NCBI GenBank assembly: GCA_020536535.1
Contig: JAHLWZ010000872.1
Coordinates: 570-64,569 of the forward strand
Direction of reading: 5' to 3'
Origin: Pelomyxa schiedti
Lineage: Eukaryota; Protista; Evosea
Length of the DNA stretch: 64,000 nt
Position numbers and translations under genes: made by a program. Position 1 is the stretch's first letter, and each line of letters starts with the position of its first letter. Under the pieces are notes generated by a model. The model was not told where the DNA came from. It saw nothing but the letters and a program-made list of their open reading frames with translations, and did not search any database. Shown here piece by piece: positions 1 to 10,856 of this stretch.

Positions 1-2
1 AA

Positions 3-167
3 AAGGTGAGGAGATTCTACATTGATTCAGGATTCATGCTCAATGTGTTTGGCAACTTGATTGATGTCATTGAGCCAACAACAGGGTTCCTCGTCCTCAG
101 CATCACATTTCCTTGTTTCCACTTCATCCACCACCTCACTCACTTCTCTTGCTTCTTCTCCAACTAA
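3..167 (+). CDS. 3' end of a member of the intronless expanded family (paralog of 2723-4081 and 4174-5493)
   Basis: Frame 3 reads KVRRFYIDSGFMLNVFGNLIDVIEPTTGFLVLSITFPCFHFIHHLTHFSCFFSN*, which aligns with the C-terminus KVRTFSADSGFVFSVFGNMIDVIEPTSGFLVLTITF...THFSFFLN* of 4174-5493. Confidence 0.85.
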   Translation, partial: KVRRFYIDSGFMLNVFGNLIDVIEPTTGFLVLSITFPCFHFIHHLTHFSCFFSN

Positions 168-392
168 TCAGATGATCTGCCATTGAGGCACCTGTGTGCT
201 AGTCAATTTTTTATTTAGTGAGGCAGGGTGAAGCGGCCCGATTTTGCAGGGATGTTTCATTATGGCACGACACATGGCCTCTGATCGTCACTGGGACGGG
301 ACGAGACGACGAGGGGAGCCTCGTTTCGTCATGACGGTAGAACTGCTGCCAGCGTTGTAGGAAAAAAATTGTATTGCAATTTATTGTGCAAG

Positions 393-2661
393 TTAAAAGG
401 TTGAGTTCCTCCAAATGAGGGGATCATGGTCTCTCAACCACAAACGAGTGGCAAGAGGGAATTGGTAGTGTGGTGCACTGGAACAGAATGCCAGGATGTC
501 ATCCATGGTCAGTTGAGGGAACCTCTTCATGGCCACCTGTGCAATGACTGGTGACTTGCACACGAGTGGAAGGAAACTCTCTTTGACCATGCCTCCTATG
601 AACCCTGGGAACACCTGTTGTATCATTTTCCATGTGAACAAATCAATCCACATGAAGGAGTCCTTATCCCACTTGAAGTGAACAATCTGCAACAAAGGCT
701 GTGAGGAATGAATCTGTGTTGTGCATAGGGAAACGGAAGTGAGAGAGGGTGTTGAGTACCTCATCAAGTGTGATGTGGAACTTGTTGATGAGCCACTCTG
801 CACAGCTCCATTTACCCCCTGAAATCAATTTCAACAACATTCTGTTGTTGTGGTGGGCAATGTGTTGGTGTTCAAGCTGGAAGTGGTTGATGAGCCACTT
901 GGCCGTTTTGGTGGATTCAATTCCGAATGAATTGACCAGGCACCCGGCAACAGACTCTTTGGAGAACTCACCCATGGAAACGATCTTTACAATCTGTGAG
1001 AGGGTGCCATGTCGCACACCTTGCTTCAGGATGCGTACAAGAAGTCGAGACCTCTTTGGTTCGGAGATGTGGAAGTGTTCCATCAGGAGGATTGCAGTGC
1101 TAGATGATGGATTGTTCCCCCAGGATTCAATGCACTCCACAATCACCGATTCATCCACACCTTTCATTGAGGAGTGCTTCAGAAACCATTCCATTCCCTC
1201 TACTCTTGTGCAATGAATCTTAACCTTCTTGCACAACTTGACAAAAATGGAACAGGAGATCGTGAAAAGCTTGAGGCTGTTGGAGTTTGGGGGATTCAAA
1301 ATGTGAAAGGTCTCATCCAACCACGATGCAATTGAGGTGTGGTTGCAGGCCAACGAACTGATGAACGAATCGGAGATAACCTCTGGTGAAAGTGACGCCC
1401 TTGTTGATAACCACTTGGCAGTCTGCACGTTGTCTGTTGAGTTTCTGCAGGCTGATTGAAACATTGATGGTGTTGGTGTGAAAGACCGCTCCTCAACGAG
1501 CCACTTACAAAACTGAAAACCTTCTGCTCCTGAACAAAGCCTCTCCAGGTTTTCTTTTGTGGGAGTTGTGAATGAAGGGAATGCGGACATTGCCCACTTC
1601 AGAACAGCAAGATTGCAGATACAGATGAATGGAGGGTGAGGAGGAAAAGAAATTCGTTCGCTGATAACCTGGCACACTTCCACACTCTTGCTTGATTTTC
1701 CGCCAAAGCAATACCCAAATATTCTGTAAGAACTCGTTTCACCCGCCACAGGAAATGTTTCCAGGCACCACTTCACAACTTCCAGGTTCTCACTCCGGCA
1801 TGCTCCAGTGTGCAGATCCATCCAAGAACAACCCCTCAACTTTGGAACCAAATCAAAGGTGTTCACCAACCACTGAGCCAACTCCAAGTGACCCCCCGTC
1901 ACAGCGGCTGAAAGTGGCCCAGCAAACTCCCAAGTCTCCCTCACCACGAACCTCTCGACCACCCACTTTGCCACCTCCACGTGGCCCTTCTCACACACTC
2001 CCTTGAGCAGGTCAGAAGACCTCACGTGGTCACCCAGACTGCTGTTGTCCACCACACACCCCCCATCGTCATCATCGTCATCCCACCACACCAAACCAAG
2101 ACCTGCTGCCCAGTCACCACCACAACCACCATCACCACGGTCAGGATCCACGAGGCACTGAGCCATCCCCAAGTGGCCACCAACACACAGCCCCTCCAGC
2201 ACCCGCATAAACACCTTGTTCCCCCTCCTCCTCAGTCTCCTCCTAGTCTCTTCACCACCCTCGCCGCCACCAACACCATCGGCAGCGGCGGCACACGCTT
2301 GTTGTGGGCCCCCTCTCCTCCTGTTCCTCAGAAGCCAGCCCACGCACAGCCTGCTCCCGGCCTCCGCCGCGCACCTGGCGGCCATGCCCCAGTGCTCCAG
2401 CCAGGCCAGCATCGACGTGCACGCGCGCCCGACGAGGGGGAACATGGCCTCCGCGACCCCGCACAGTTCCACGCAGTGCTCGAGGCCCACGTGCGCGTCG
2501 TCGCTGGGGTCGGGCGACACGACGAGGGACTCGGGGAGCAGCCAGGGGAGCACCCACTCCCACACGACCATCGACGTAGAAACTGCTCGCGAGACAGACG
2601 CCGCTCGGGGCAGCTGGAGGAGGGCCAACTCGCTCGCATCGTTGGTGCTGCTATGCGTCAT
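393..2661 (-). CDS. Degenerate ankyrin-repeat-like protein (lineage-expanded family); C-terminus continues in a second frame
   Basis: Likely ATG at 2661 (MTHSSTND). Repeats such as GGHLGMAQCLV, CEKGHVEVAKWVVERF, AVTGGHLELAQWLVNTF and ACRSENLEVVKWCLETF. The main ORF stops at 664, but ORF 393-803 supplies a protein-like C-terminus, joined either by a possible 61-nt intron (759-699) or by a +1 frameshift. Confidence 0.7.
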
Positions 2662-2722
2662 CTTCCGATTTCGGAGAAATCTGCTTCCCACAGTGTGATA
2701 ACAAGTTGAATTCGGAATTTTG

Positions 2723-4081
2723 ATGACGGGCTGCACGTCTGCCACAGCAGCAGTGACGACGCGGAGCCAACTTGGAGCACTCGCGGCAGGGGCGACGATC
2801 AGTCGGTGCGGGGCCAACAGCGCCATGGTGGGAGCCATGGGCCACGGCCACGCGACCTCGTTCGTCCGCATGCTGTGGTCCGACTGGGTCCGTCCCACAA
2901 TCCTGTTCTTCGTGGTCGACGTGAAGGGCTGCCCGAGCTGGGCCGCCACCAGCTGCGCCGGCCAAGCGGAGTCGACCACCACGGTGTCCTTTGCCCTCTC
3001 CCCGTTGCTCCTCAGCGTCGCCCTCGCCCCCGCGCCTCCCCCTGCGTGCATCGAGCCCACCGCGTTTAACACCAGGAGGGTCGACAGCGGCCGCGTCGCC
3101 GACGTGCGGTTTCATGGTGATCAGTATCTTCCCGTTGTGTGGGTAAGGGACGTGCACTCCTCTCGCCTCCCCGGAGGAGCAGGCGGGGTCGCGGTGGCCC
3201 GCGGGCGCTATGGGCGGCCCTATGCGTATGATGTGAACTCCAAGTGGGCTGCCATGGTGTCATTTCCTACTTGCAAAAGAGGGGCTGACGCTGGGAAGGC
3301 GGAATTGACTGTTGCGTCATTGAGCAGGGCGAGATCTGTTGATGACCACACAGGCATGGAGTTCCTTTCCCACAGTGTTGTTGTGGAAATGCCATTTGTG
3401 GAATCCACTGGGCACAACCTCTGCCACATGTACCTTGACAAGTCAGTCGACAGCGAGGTTATCGTGGTGCAGTGCATCCACGGGGAATACTCTGGGAACA
3501 TAGCGGTGATATTCGTTGTGGACATGGAGCAGACATACAACACAAAGAGACTGACAGTTCTGAGCACCACCACGTTCAAATTCCCGGCGCACTACTTTAG
3601 ATCCCTCGTTGTTCTGAGGAACTGGCTCCCTCGTTCCCCTGGTTATGGGTCACGCACATTCTTCGTGACCACGTTCCACAGAGATAGTCTCAGTTCTAGC
3701 CACCTTAAACCAAGCCACAATGAGGTGTTCCGCGTTGAGGAGTTGACAGGAAATTTCACGCACGTGATCTCCAACGTGATTGACGTGTTCAGAGTGTGTG
3801 ACTCGCTGCTTGGTGTGTCATACAGATTAGACGAAGAGCAGGAGTTGATCAAGTTCTATCACCGTGACGACCCAACACGACCTTTGCATCTTCCAGGGAG
3901 CATGAGTTACGAATCACACAAGGGCAAAACGATCTCAGCAGGTTCGGGGTTCGTGTTCAGTGCGTTTATCAACTTGATTGATGTGTTTGATCCAACATCA
4001 GGGTTCCTCATCCTCACCATCACTCTCAGCAGCCGCGACAACATCGTGTGTGTCACACACTCCTCTTTCTTCTTGAACTGA
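2723..4081 (+). CDS. Intronless expanded-family protein (N-terminal RCG module plus predicted beta-rich repeats), copy 1
   Basis: Uninterrupted ORF of about 452 aa; clear paralog of the next ORF (RSQLGALAAGATISRCGANS, VNSKWAAM, DMEQTYNTK, GFVFS..IDV..PTSG). Confidence 0.85.
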   Translation: MTGCTSATAAVTTRSQLGALAAGATISRCGANSAMVGAMGHGHATSFVRMLWSDWVRPTILFFVVDVKGCPSWAATSCAGQAESTTTVSFALSPLLLSVALAPAPPPACIEPTAFNTRRVDSGRVADVRFHGDQYLPVVWVRDVHSSRLPGGAGGVAVARGRYGRPYAYDVNSKWAAMVSFPTCKRGADAGKAELTVASLSRARSVDDHTGMEFLSHSVVVEMPFVESTGHNLCHMYLDKSVDSEVIVVQCIHGEYSGNIAVIFVVDMEQTYNTKRLTVLSTTTFKFPAHYFRSLVVLRNWLPRSPGYGSRTFFVTTFHRDSLSSSHLKPSHNEVFRVEELTGNFTHVISNVIDVFRVCDSLLGVSYRLDEEQELIKFYHRDDPTRPLHLPGSMSYESHKGKTISAGSGFVFSAFINLIDVFDPTSGFLILTITLSSRDNIVCVTHSSFFLN

Positions 4082-4173
4082 AAAAAAAAAGAACCGCGGA
4101 TCTTCAAAGAAAAGGGAATGACTAGGAAATTGATTTCCAAGAACCAGTGCACTGGGCACCACGGAACTCGAAG

Positions 4174-5493
4174 ATGGACCAAGTGGCAGCAGTGGCAGCG
4201 GTGACGACGCGGAGCCAACTTGGAGCACTCGCGGCAGGGGCGACGATCAGTCGGTGCGGGGCCAACAGCGCCATGGTGGGAGTTATGGGTCACGGCCACG
4301 CGACCTCGTTCGTCCGCATGCTGTGGTTCGACTGGCTCCGTCCCACAATTCGGTTCTTCGTGGTCGAAGTCTCCGACGACACCTCCATTTCCTTTGCCCT
4401 CTCGCCCCTGCTCCTCAGCGTCGCCCGCGCGCCGTCGCCGCCCCCGGCCCGCGCCTTCCCGACCCCAGGAGACTTATGGGTCGACATAAGCCGCGTTGCC
4501 GACGTCCGCTTCGGCGTTCTGAGGCTCAGGCACGTGCAATCCGGCCGCGGAGGCGGCGTGGCCGTGGCACAGAGCCCCCCTCGGTGTACATTCGCGTACG
4601 GGGTGAATTCCAAGTGGGCTGCCATGTTGGCCGAGTCTGGCTTTGGGCATTCTTGTTGCGGCGCCACGTTGACTGTTGCGTCACTGGCTGGGCTTGAGTG
4701 TCAGCCTTCTGTCAATGACACAGGCTCGGATTTCTTTGCCTACCGAGGGGGCGCTGGATGGCCACTTGTCAACAGCTTCGCTGTGGAAATACCATCTCTG
4801 CAGTCCCCTGGCCCCCGCCAGGTCCGGATGCACCTGGACAAGTCAGTTGACAGGGAGGTTATCGTGGTGCAGCAAGCACAGAAGAATCATTACCAGAACA
4901 TAGCGGTGATACTCGTCGTTGATATGGAGCAGACATACAACACGAAGAGCCTGGCAATTCTGAGCACCACAACGTGCACGTTCCCAGTGAGCTACTCCTT
5001 CGAATCTCTCGTTGTTCTGAGGAACTCGCTCCCTCGTTCCCCTGGTTATGGGTCCCGTTCATTCTTCGTGACCATCGTCCATACAGAAAGTGTCTATTCA
5101 AGCCACTCTCAGCCAAGCAACAATGAGGTGTTCCGCGTTGAGGAGTCGACAACAAATTTCACAAACATGCTCTCCAACGTGGCTCATGTGTTCAGAGTGT
5201 GTGACTCACTGCTCGGTGTGTCATACAACATAAACAAAAAGCAGGAGTGTATCCAGTTCTATCACCGTGACGACCCAACACGACCTCTGAATCTTCCAGG
5301 GAGCATGATCTACGAATCACACAAGGGCAAAAAGGTGCGAACATTCTCAGCAGATTCGGGGTTCGTGTTCAGTGTGTTTGGCAACATGATTGATGTAATT
5401 GAGCCAACCTCAGGGTTCCTCGTCCTCACCATCACATTCAGCAGCCTCGACAACATCGCGTGTGTCACGCACTTCTCGTTCTTCTTGAACTGA
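4174..5493 (+). CDS. Intronless expanded-family protein, tandem copy 2
   Basis: ATG at 4174 (MDQVAAV); 439-aa ORF colinear with 2723-4081. Confidence 0.85.
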   Translation: MDQVAAVAAVTTRSQLGALAAGATISRCGANSAMVGVMGHGHATSFVRMLWFDWLRPTIRFFVVEVSDDTSISFALSPLLLSVARAPSPPPARAFPTPGDLWVDISRVADVRFGVLRLRHVQSGRGGGVAVAQSPPRCTFAYGVNSKWAAMLAESGFGHSCCGATLTVASLAGLECQPSVNDTGSDFFAYRGGAGWPLVNSFAVEIPSLQSPGPRQVRMHLDKSVDREVIVVQQAQKNHYQNIAVILVVDMEQTYNTKSLAILSTTTCTFPVSYSFESLVVLRNSLPRSPGYGSRSFFVTIVHTESVYSSHSQPSNNEVFRVEESTTNFTNMLSNVAHVFRVCDSLLGVSYNINKKQECIQFYHRDDPTRPLNLPGSMIYESHKGKKVRTFSADSGFVFSVFGNMIDVIEPTSGFLVLTITFSSLDNIACVTHFSFFLN

Positions 5494-5671
5494 AAAAAAA
5501 CATGATGAGATCTTCCTGCGCTTCGGCGTTGATTCTGTTTTCGAAAAAAGCAAAAGGGATAAAAACAACCCGAAGGTGCTGCGACTCAAAAATATCGTAG
5601 TGTTCGTGGGGGGCAAAGTCGAGGAGCAAAATAAAACAACCAAACCAAGGCACGCACACACAGATCTGGGG

Positions 5672-8600
5672 ATGTGGGCGCAGTACTACGCGTCGGCGTA
5701 CGGGTACGGGGCGCCGATGGGGGTGATGTCTGCGATGGTGCCGCAGGGGATGCACGGGGGCGTGGGGATGCAGGGGCACGTGGTGGGGCACGCGCAGACG
5801 GCGGCGATGATGTACCCGCAGCCGCCGCCGCCGCCGCAGCAGCACCCACAATCGGTTGTCGGGGCCTCCGCCGTGCAACAGCAACAGCAGCAGAACTACG
5901 GGGGGTTCGCCCCTGTGCGCCGCCAGATGGATTACTTCGAAGACCCATCTATCATGGTTTGTATTATATATATATATATTTTATGTTGTTGGGCTGTTTG
6001 TTTGTTTGGTTTCTAGAAGGGTGTTTTTTTTTTAATGTTGGTTGGTTGCTGTTTTTCTTGTTTTCTTTCTTTGGCTTTTGTTTGTTTGTTTGTTTGTTTG
6101 TTTGTTTGTTTGTTTGTTTGTTTGTTTGTTTGTTTGTTTGTTTGTTTGTTTGTTTGTTTGTTTGTTTGTTTGTTTGTTTGTTTGTTTGTTTGTTTGTTTT
6201 GGCTATGTATTATCGTCATTCTGTTTGTAAAGAAAATGAAACAGAATCCATATGGTGAGCCGGAAAATGATGAAAACGGTAGTCTGAATGATGATGGAAC
6301 TTATGCAAACGAAGAAGACTATTCTCTTCCTCAGCCCCAACTGTATGATGACTACCAATTCGCCGTCCCCCCTACACGGCCCTCGCCACCAGGGTCACCA
6401 CCACTTTCACCTAACAGAGGCTATCCATACACACCTTATCGCGCACATCAAAACGGGAACATCACTTCAAATCAACCACTTTCACCACAGCGAATTACCT
6501 CCCCCCCAACATCGCCGACCAGAGTGGGATCTCCCAATCCAACAACTGTAACAAGAGGAGCTTACCAATCACCTCAGCGGCTAGATTCGCCTAAATCCCC
6601 CAGCGCCAATTCTAAAACAGCAAGTCCTCTCTCCGCATCAATGAAATCTAAGTACCCAAATTGCAAATTTGACCAGAATCTAACTGAGTCGGACACCTGG
6701 ACTGGTATCGACTTGAGGTTCCTCCACACAACCAAACTCAGTTATCTAAAAAGTTGTGTAGTTCTTGTGGGCTCTATTCTTTGAGCAAATCAATTGCCAA
6801 TTATGTACATTTGACAGCCCTTTTCCTCCAGAAGAATAACTTTTCATCACTTCCAGGTTCTTTTGTAAAAGCTTTATCACCCTTTCTCAAACCAACTTAT
6901 CTAGAATGGGTCACTATGCTAACCAACTTGACGCATTTAGACGTGTCACATAACCAGCTACAGGTTGTGACACCGCTAATCGATAGATTGCAGCACCTCA
7001 CCCACCTCGACCTATCTCACAACAAATTGAATGCACTTCCTCCTGAAGTTGGCCACCTGTTCAGGTATTTATGAATAACCAGTAGTAAGAATTCACAAGC
7101 TGCAATAGACTAAAAAAGTTTGATGTTTCGGACAATCCCATGAATATCGTGCTGAGAGATACCTCCTTGTTTGTGCATTTCAGAGATAGACTTCCAGGTC
7201 ATTTTTCAACCATGAATCTGTGTAATCTGAGACGTTACAGCACCTCCCCCACCTCCCACAAGAGAATGGCTAGTTTCTGACAATATTATCAGAGAACCAA
7301 ATAAAGAACTCGAGTCATTCACAGTAATGAGGCACCTTTCTCTAAAACGAAATTGTCCACAAGCTCAATTCTTCTCAGCTACAATATACTTGCTGATATG
7401 TATGCTTCTCCGGAAACGTACCGCTATTGTCCACCATGGGCACTTGATTGGAACAACCGGAAAAAACTAGTACTAGAGCAAATAAAAGCACTGTCCCCCG
7501 CAGTAATCTGTCTTCAAGTAAGCTGTTATGCAAACATTCCCTTTTCTAATATGTTTCCAGGAAGTAGAGACAAAACAATTCGTTGATTTCTTCCTTCCAA
7601 GTTTGACTGCGGTATCTCCCACAAAGAACGTCTCATAATATTGACTTTTTTACCAGATTGGCTACACTGGTGTTTTTAAACCTAAATCGAGAGCAAGACA
7701 TGTTATAGAGAATTCCAAGGTCGATGGATGTTGTATATTTTTCCAAACAACAAAGTTGGCTCCCCAAGTCAATATGCTTATTTAACAATCAACCAGATTC
7801 TCTCTTGTCGACACGATTCTCATCGAGTTCCAGTCTCTCAGCATGACCCACTTCGGCAGCTGCTCTCCCACTACAGTGCCTTTAACACCGGATGTCTTTG
7901 AAAGAATTTTATCACGGGACAATATCGCTTTATTAACTGTACTCAAAGTAACTCTCAGAAGGGATTTTTTTGGGTACTTATTTCTTTACTAGTCGAATAA
8001 AACTGGAAGACTTATAATTGTTTCCACAACTCACATTCACTGGTACCATTCGCTCTTTACTTGCAATTTTTTCACTGTCAATCTCAGGGACCCAAGCAGT
8101 AGTGATGTGAAACTCATTCAATCACAATTCCTGGTTGAAGAGATTGCATCTGTAAAGGCAAACATAGAAAAAGTTGTCTCTGCAAAGCAAATACAAGAGT
8201 CTAACCATCTCCACAGTCTGGTAACATGGATGTCCCTGTCATTGTTGCAGGTGACTTCAATTCCACCCCAGTATCGGGTGTATATTCTTTCCTTCGAGAT
8301 GGGCATCTTGCTCCAAGTAAGTGTCATACCTTTAAGTAGTTCCCACAGAGGCGTAAATAAGATCATCCTGACTTCAATGGATTTAAGTACGGTGACTATA
8401 GTATCAAGGGATTAACTCACAATCTCCAATTCGCTTCGGCTTACTCCAATTTCGGGGAACCTCCCTACACGAACTTTTCATCTGGTTTACAAACCCCTGA
8501 AAAAAACCTACTCCCGCACCTAACACCACCACAGAATTCTCCGGCTGCATTGACTACATATGGCACACCACACCAAACACGGCTGTCACCAGCGTTCTTC

Positions 8601-8926
8601 CGGTTTTATCCAAGGAGGTAGTGTCACAGCAAAAGATACCCTTCCCGAATGCCGTGACACCATCGGACCACGTTTTCATTGCCGCGAACTTCTCCTGGCT
8701 GTCATCATCCCCCGGCACCACCGCTCCCAATTCAACAGCACCCCCCAAACCCGTCACATCCACATCCGCTTCTACATCCACAAGCAACAGTAACAGCAGC
8801 AGTAATAGCGGCGGTACTGCCGCAGCACCAACAACTACAGCAACTGCAACAAATTCCGATTCGACTTCCGAGAAGTCCTCTGGCACCGCACCTGCACCCG
8901 CACCAACGCCCTCATCATCGGAGTGA
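5672..8926 (+). CDS. CCR4: CCR4/CNOT6-type deadenylase (LRR plus EEP domains), multi-exon
   Basis: LRRs (LTHLDVSHNQL, LTHLDLSHNKLNALPPEVG) followed by EEP motifs SYNILAD, ICLQE, THIHWDP, GDFNSTP, GCIDYIW and TPSDH, joined by GT-AG introns. Confidence 0.92.
6077..6196. repeat. (TTTG)30 microsatellite in the first intron of CCR4
   Basis: Perfect tetranucleotide array; TTGGCT occurs on both flanks (6071-6076 and 6199-6204). Confidence 0.95.
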
Positions 8927-9671
8927 GCACTCACTCTACTGTGAGTGAGCCTCCGCTTCCCGAAGCTGTGACTCTACGATGCCATCATTGTGGGCGTAAC
9001 CTCCCCCCTTTGCTCAGCAGCTCACTATCACCTGCTCCCACAATCCGCTGTGCCCGTGCCTGCCTCTTGTAAATTTTTGTCCTGATGGTAAAAAAGTTGC
9101 TCTTCATGGTTTGTGTACAAAAAAGAAAAAAANNNNNNNNNNNNNNNNNNNNNNNNNNNNNNNNNNNNNNNNNNNNNNNNNNNNNNNNNNNNNNNNNNNN
9201 NNNNNNNNNNNNNNNNNNNNNNNNNNNNNNNNGCTCAGCAGCTCACTATCACCTGCTCCCACAATCCGCTGTGCCCGTGCCTGCCTCTTGTAAATTTTTG
9301 TCCTGATGGTAAAAAAGTTGCTCTTCATGGTTTGTGTACAAAAAAGAAAAAAACATTTCTGTGAGCGATTTTTTCAGGCTAGGTGGCTGAATAAAAAAAA
9401 CACCAGACCGCCGATCCTGAGCGCTGACAAAGAAAATGACAGCGTTCCGGTCTGTTGATTATTTTATTCAGCCAGGTGAAGAAACAACGGGGCAACTGCA
9501 GTTTTGGGAACTTCCCATCAAAAAAATAGGGTTAATTTGTATACTCCTTGTTCCTTGTAGTACCTTTATGTGGTATGTAGTTATGACGCTTATGGAACAA
9601 ACAAAAAGTGCTTCCCAAACAAGCTCTTCTTTCTCATTTACTCCTCCATGTTGGGGTTGTGGCCAACGAGT

Positions 9672-10795
9672 TCAGCAGCAGGAAGTTTGAGGTGGTGGTG
9701 CGTGCCTGGGGACTGTGGTGGGGAAATGATGAGGGTCAGGGCCTCGGCCAAGAATCCCTGTAACCATTTGTGTGAGGGCAGCTTCCACGTTGTTGCCGGT
9801 CAGGGCCGAACACTCTCTGTTGAAATTCAATAGAATTTCTATGAGCTGAATGAGAGATTTTTAATTTGGAGATACATATAGGGCATCTGGAATTGGTCTG
9901 CAAAGGTTTGTGCTGTCTCGGTTGGAATCAATCGGCGGCTCTCTAGGTCACACTTGGTGTTGTAAGAATATTGAAATTAACAACGCCAGATACCTTGTTT
10001 CCAACGAGCATGTAGCAAACTTCTGGGTTATTATCGATTCCTTTCAGCCATTGCAAGCAATGGTCAAAAGAATCCTGAGATGTGATATCACTGATTTTAT
10101 GATTAATAACAGGGTAGTTACTGCGAACCCCACAATACAATGAAAATGCCAGATGCATTTCTGGTGTCTATATTGAGTCATATTCTCTACAGTACAAAAG
10201 AAATAATTACACATTGGCGGCATTGCGCGATGTGCGATATATCTGTGAGGTAGTTAGTGGTTTTATGATGTATTTAGAACATACCTCTCCTGCCCTGCAG
10301 TGTCCCACTAATTATATATGTCATTCCTAAATTAGTTGAGGTCAATCAAAATGGCAGGGTGAAACAAGTTCCAGTGTAACAGGCTTTGAGTCAACAACCA
10401 GTTTCCGGGGTGTCTATTATAAGTAGAGTTGACACATAGGTGAGAGGAAGGAAGCAGGAAAAAGAGTGAGCACGTAAGTAGATGATACACAGTCATCCCT
10501 CTTGTACGCTGTTCCATACTGCAAAATCATAAGCAACTGAGAGTGTAAGAAAGTATCCCCCGCATACAATGCTTCTGGTGTACAAAGATGCTTGTGTTTT
10601 AATGAGTTACAGTGAGTAAACACAACAAAGTGACACACAGTGTGCAACCAACGACAGCTACAAGCACCAACTTACTTTTTCCAACAGAACAGTCCCCAAG
10701 ATAAACCACCTTGGCAGAAAATTCCCTACCAACGTGTTACTCCAAACTGAAACACAAAGTGATGTCATCACAGTCTACCCGACACCCACGCTCAT
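9672..10795 (-). CDS. Rab-family small GTPase (tandem copy A), multi-exon
   Basis: KVVYLGDCSVGK, WDTAGQER, DITSQDSF, MLVGNKCDL, ECSALTGNNV and a C-terminal SCC* prenylation motif. Start codon is approximate. Confidence 0.88.
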
Positions 10796-10856
10796 CGTTC
10801 GTGATGATGGGAAAAAATACAAAAGTGATGGTGCTGTTGGTTCAAAGAAAGTGCAT

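Noticed and set aside
2662-3157. Long overlapping antisense ORFs (the 664-3072 5' extension, 1981-2709, 2651-3157, and similar at 17692-18393, 30259-30864, 32851-33408, 54285-54888)
   Set aside because: Shadow ORFs of GC-rich or low-complexity coding sequence on the opposite strand; no independent motifs.
6013-6258. ORFs encoding (FVCL)n or (QTNK)n repeats
   Set aside because: Translations of the intronic (TTTG)n microsatellite.
8927-9072. Cys-rich reading (RCHHCGRN...RCARAC) after the CCR4 stop, suggesting a zinc-finger extension or recoding
   Set aside because: It lies in a different frame with no convincing splice or slippery site; probably 3' UTR.
9013-9352. 120-bp direct repeat flanking the N-run (9013-9132 = 9233-9352)
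   Set aside because: Identical contig-end overlap around a fixed 100-N gap; assembly artefact, not a biological repeat.
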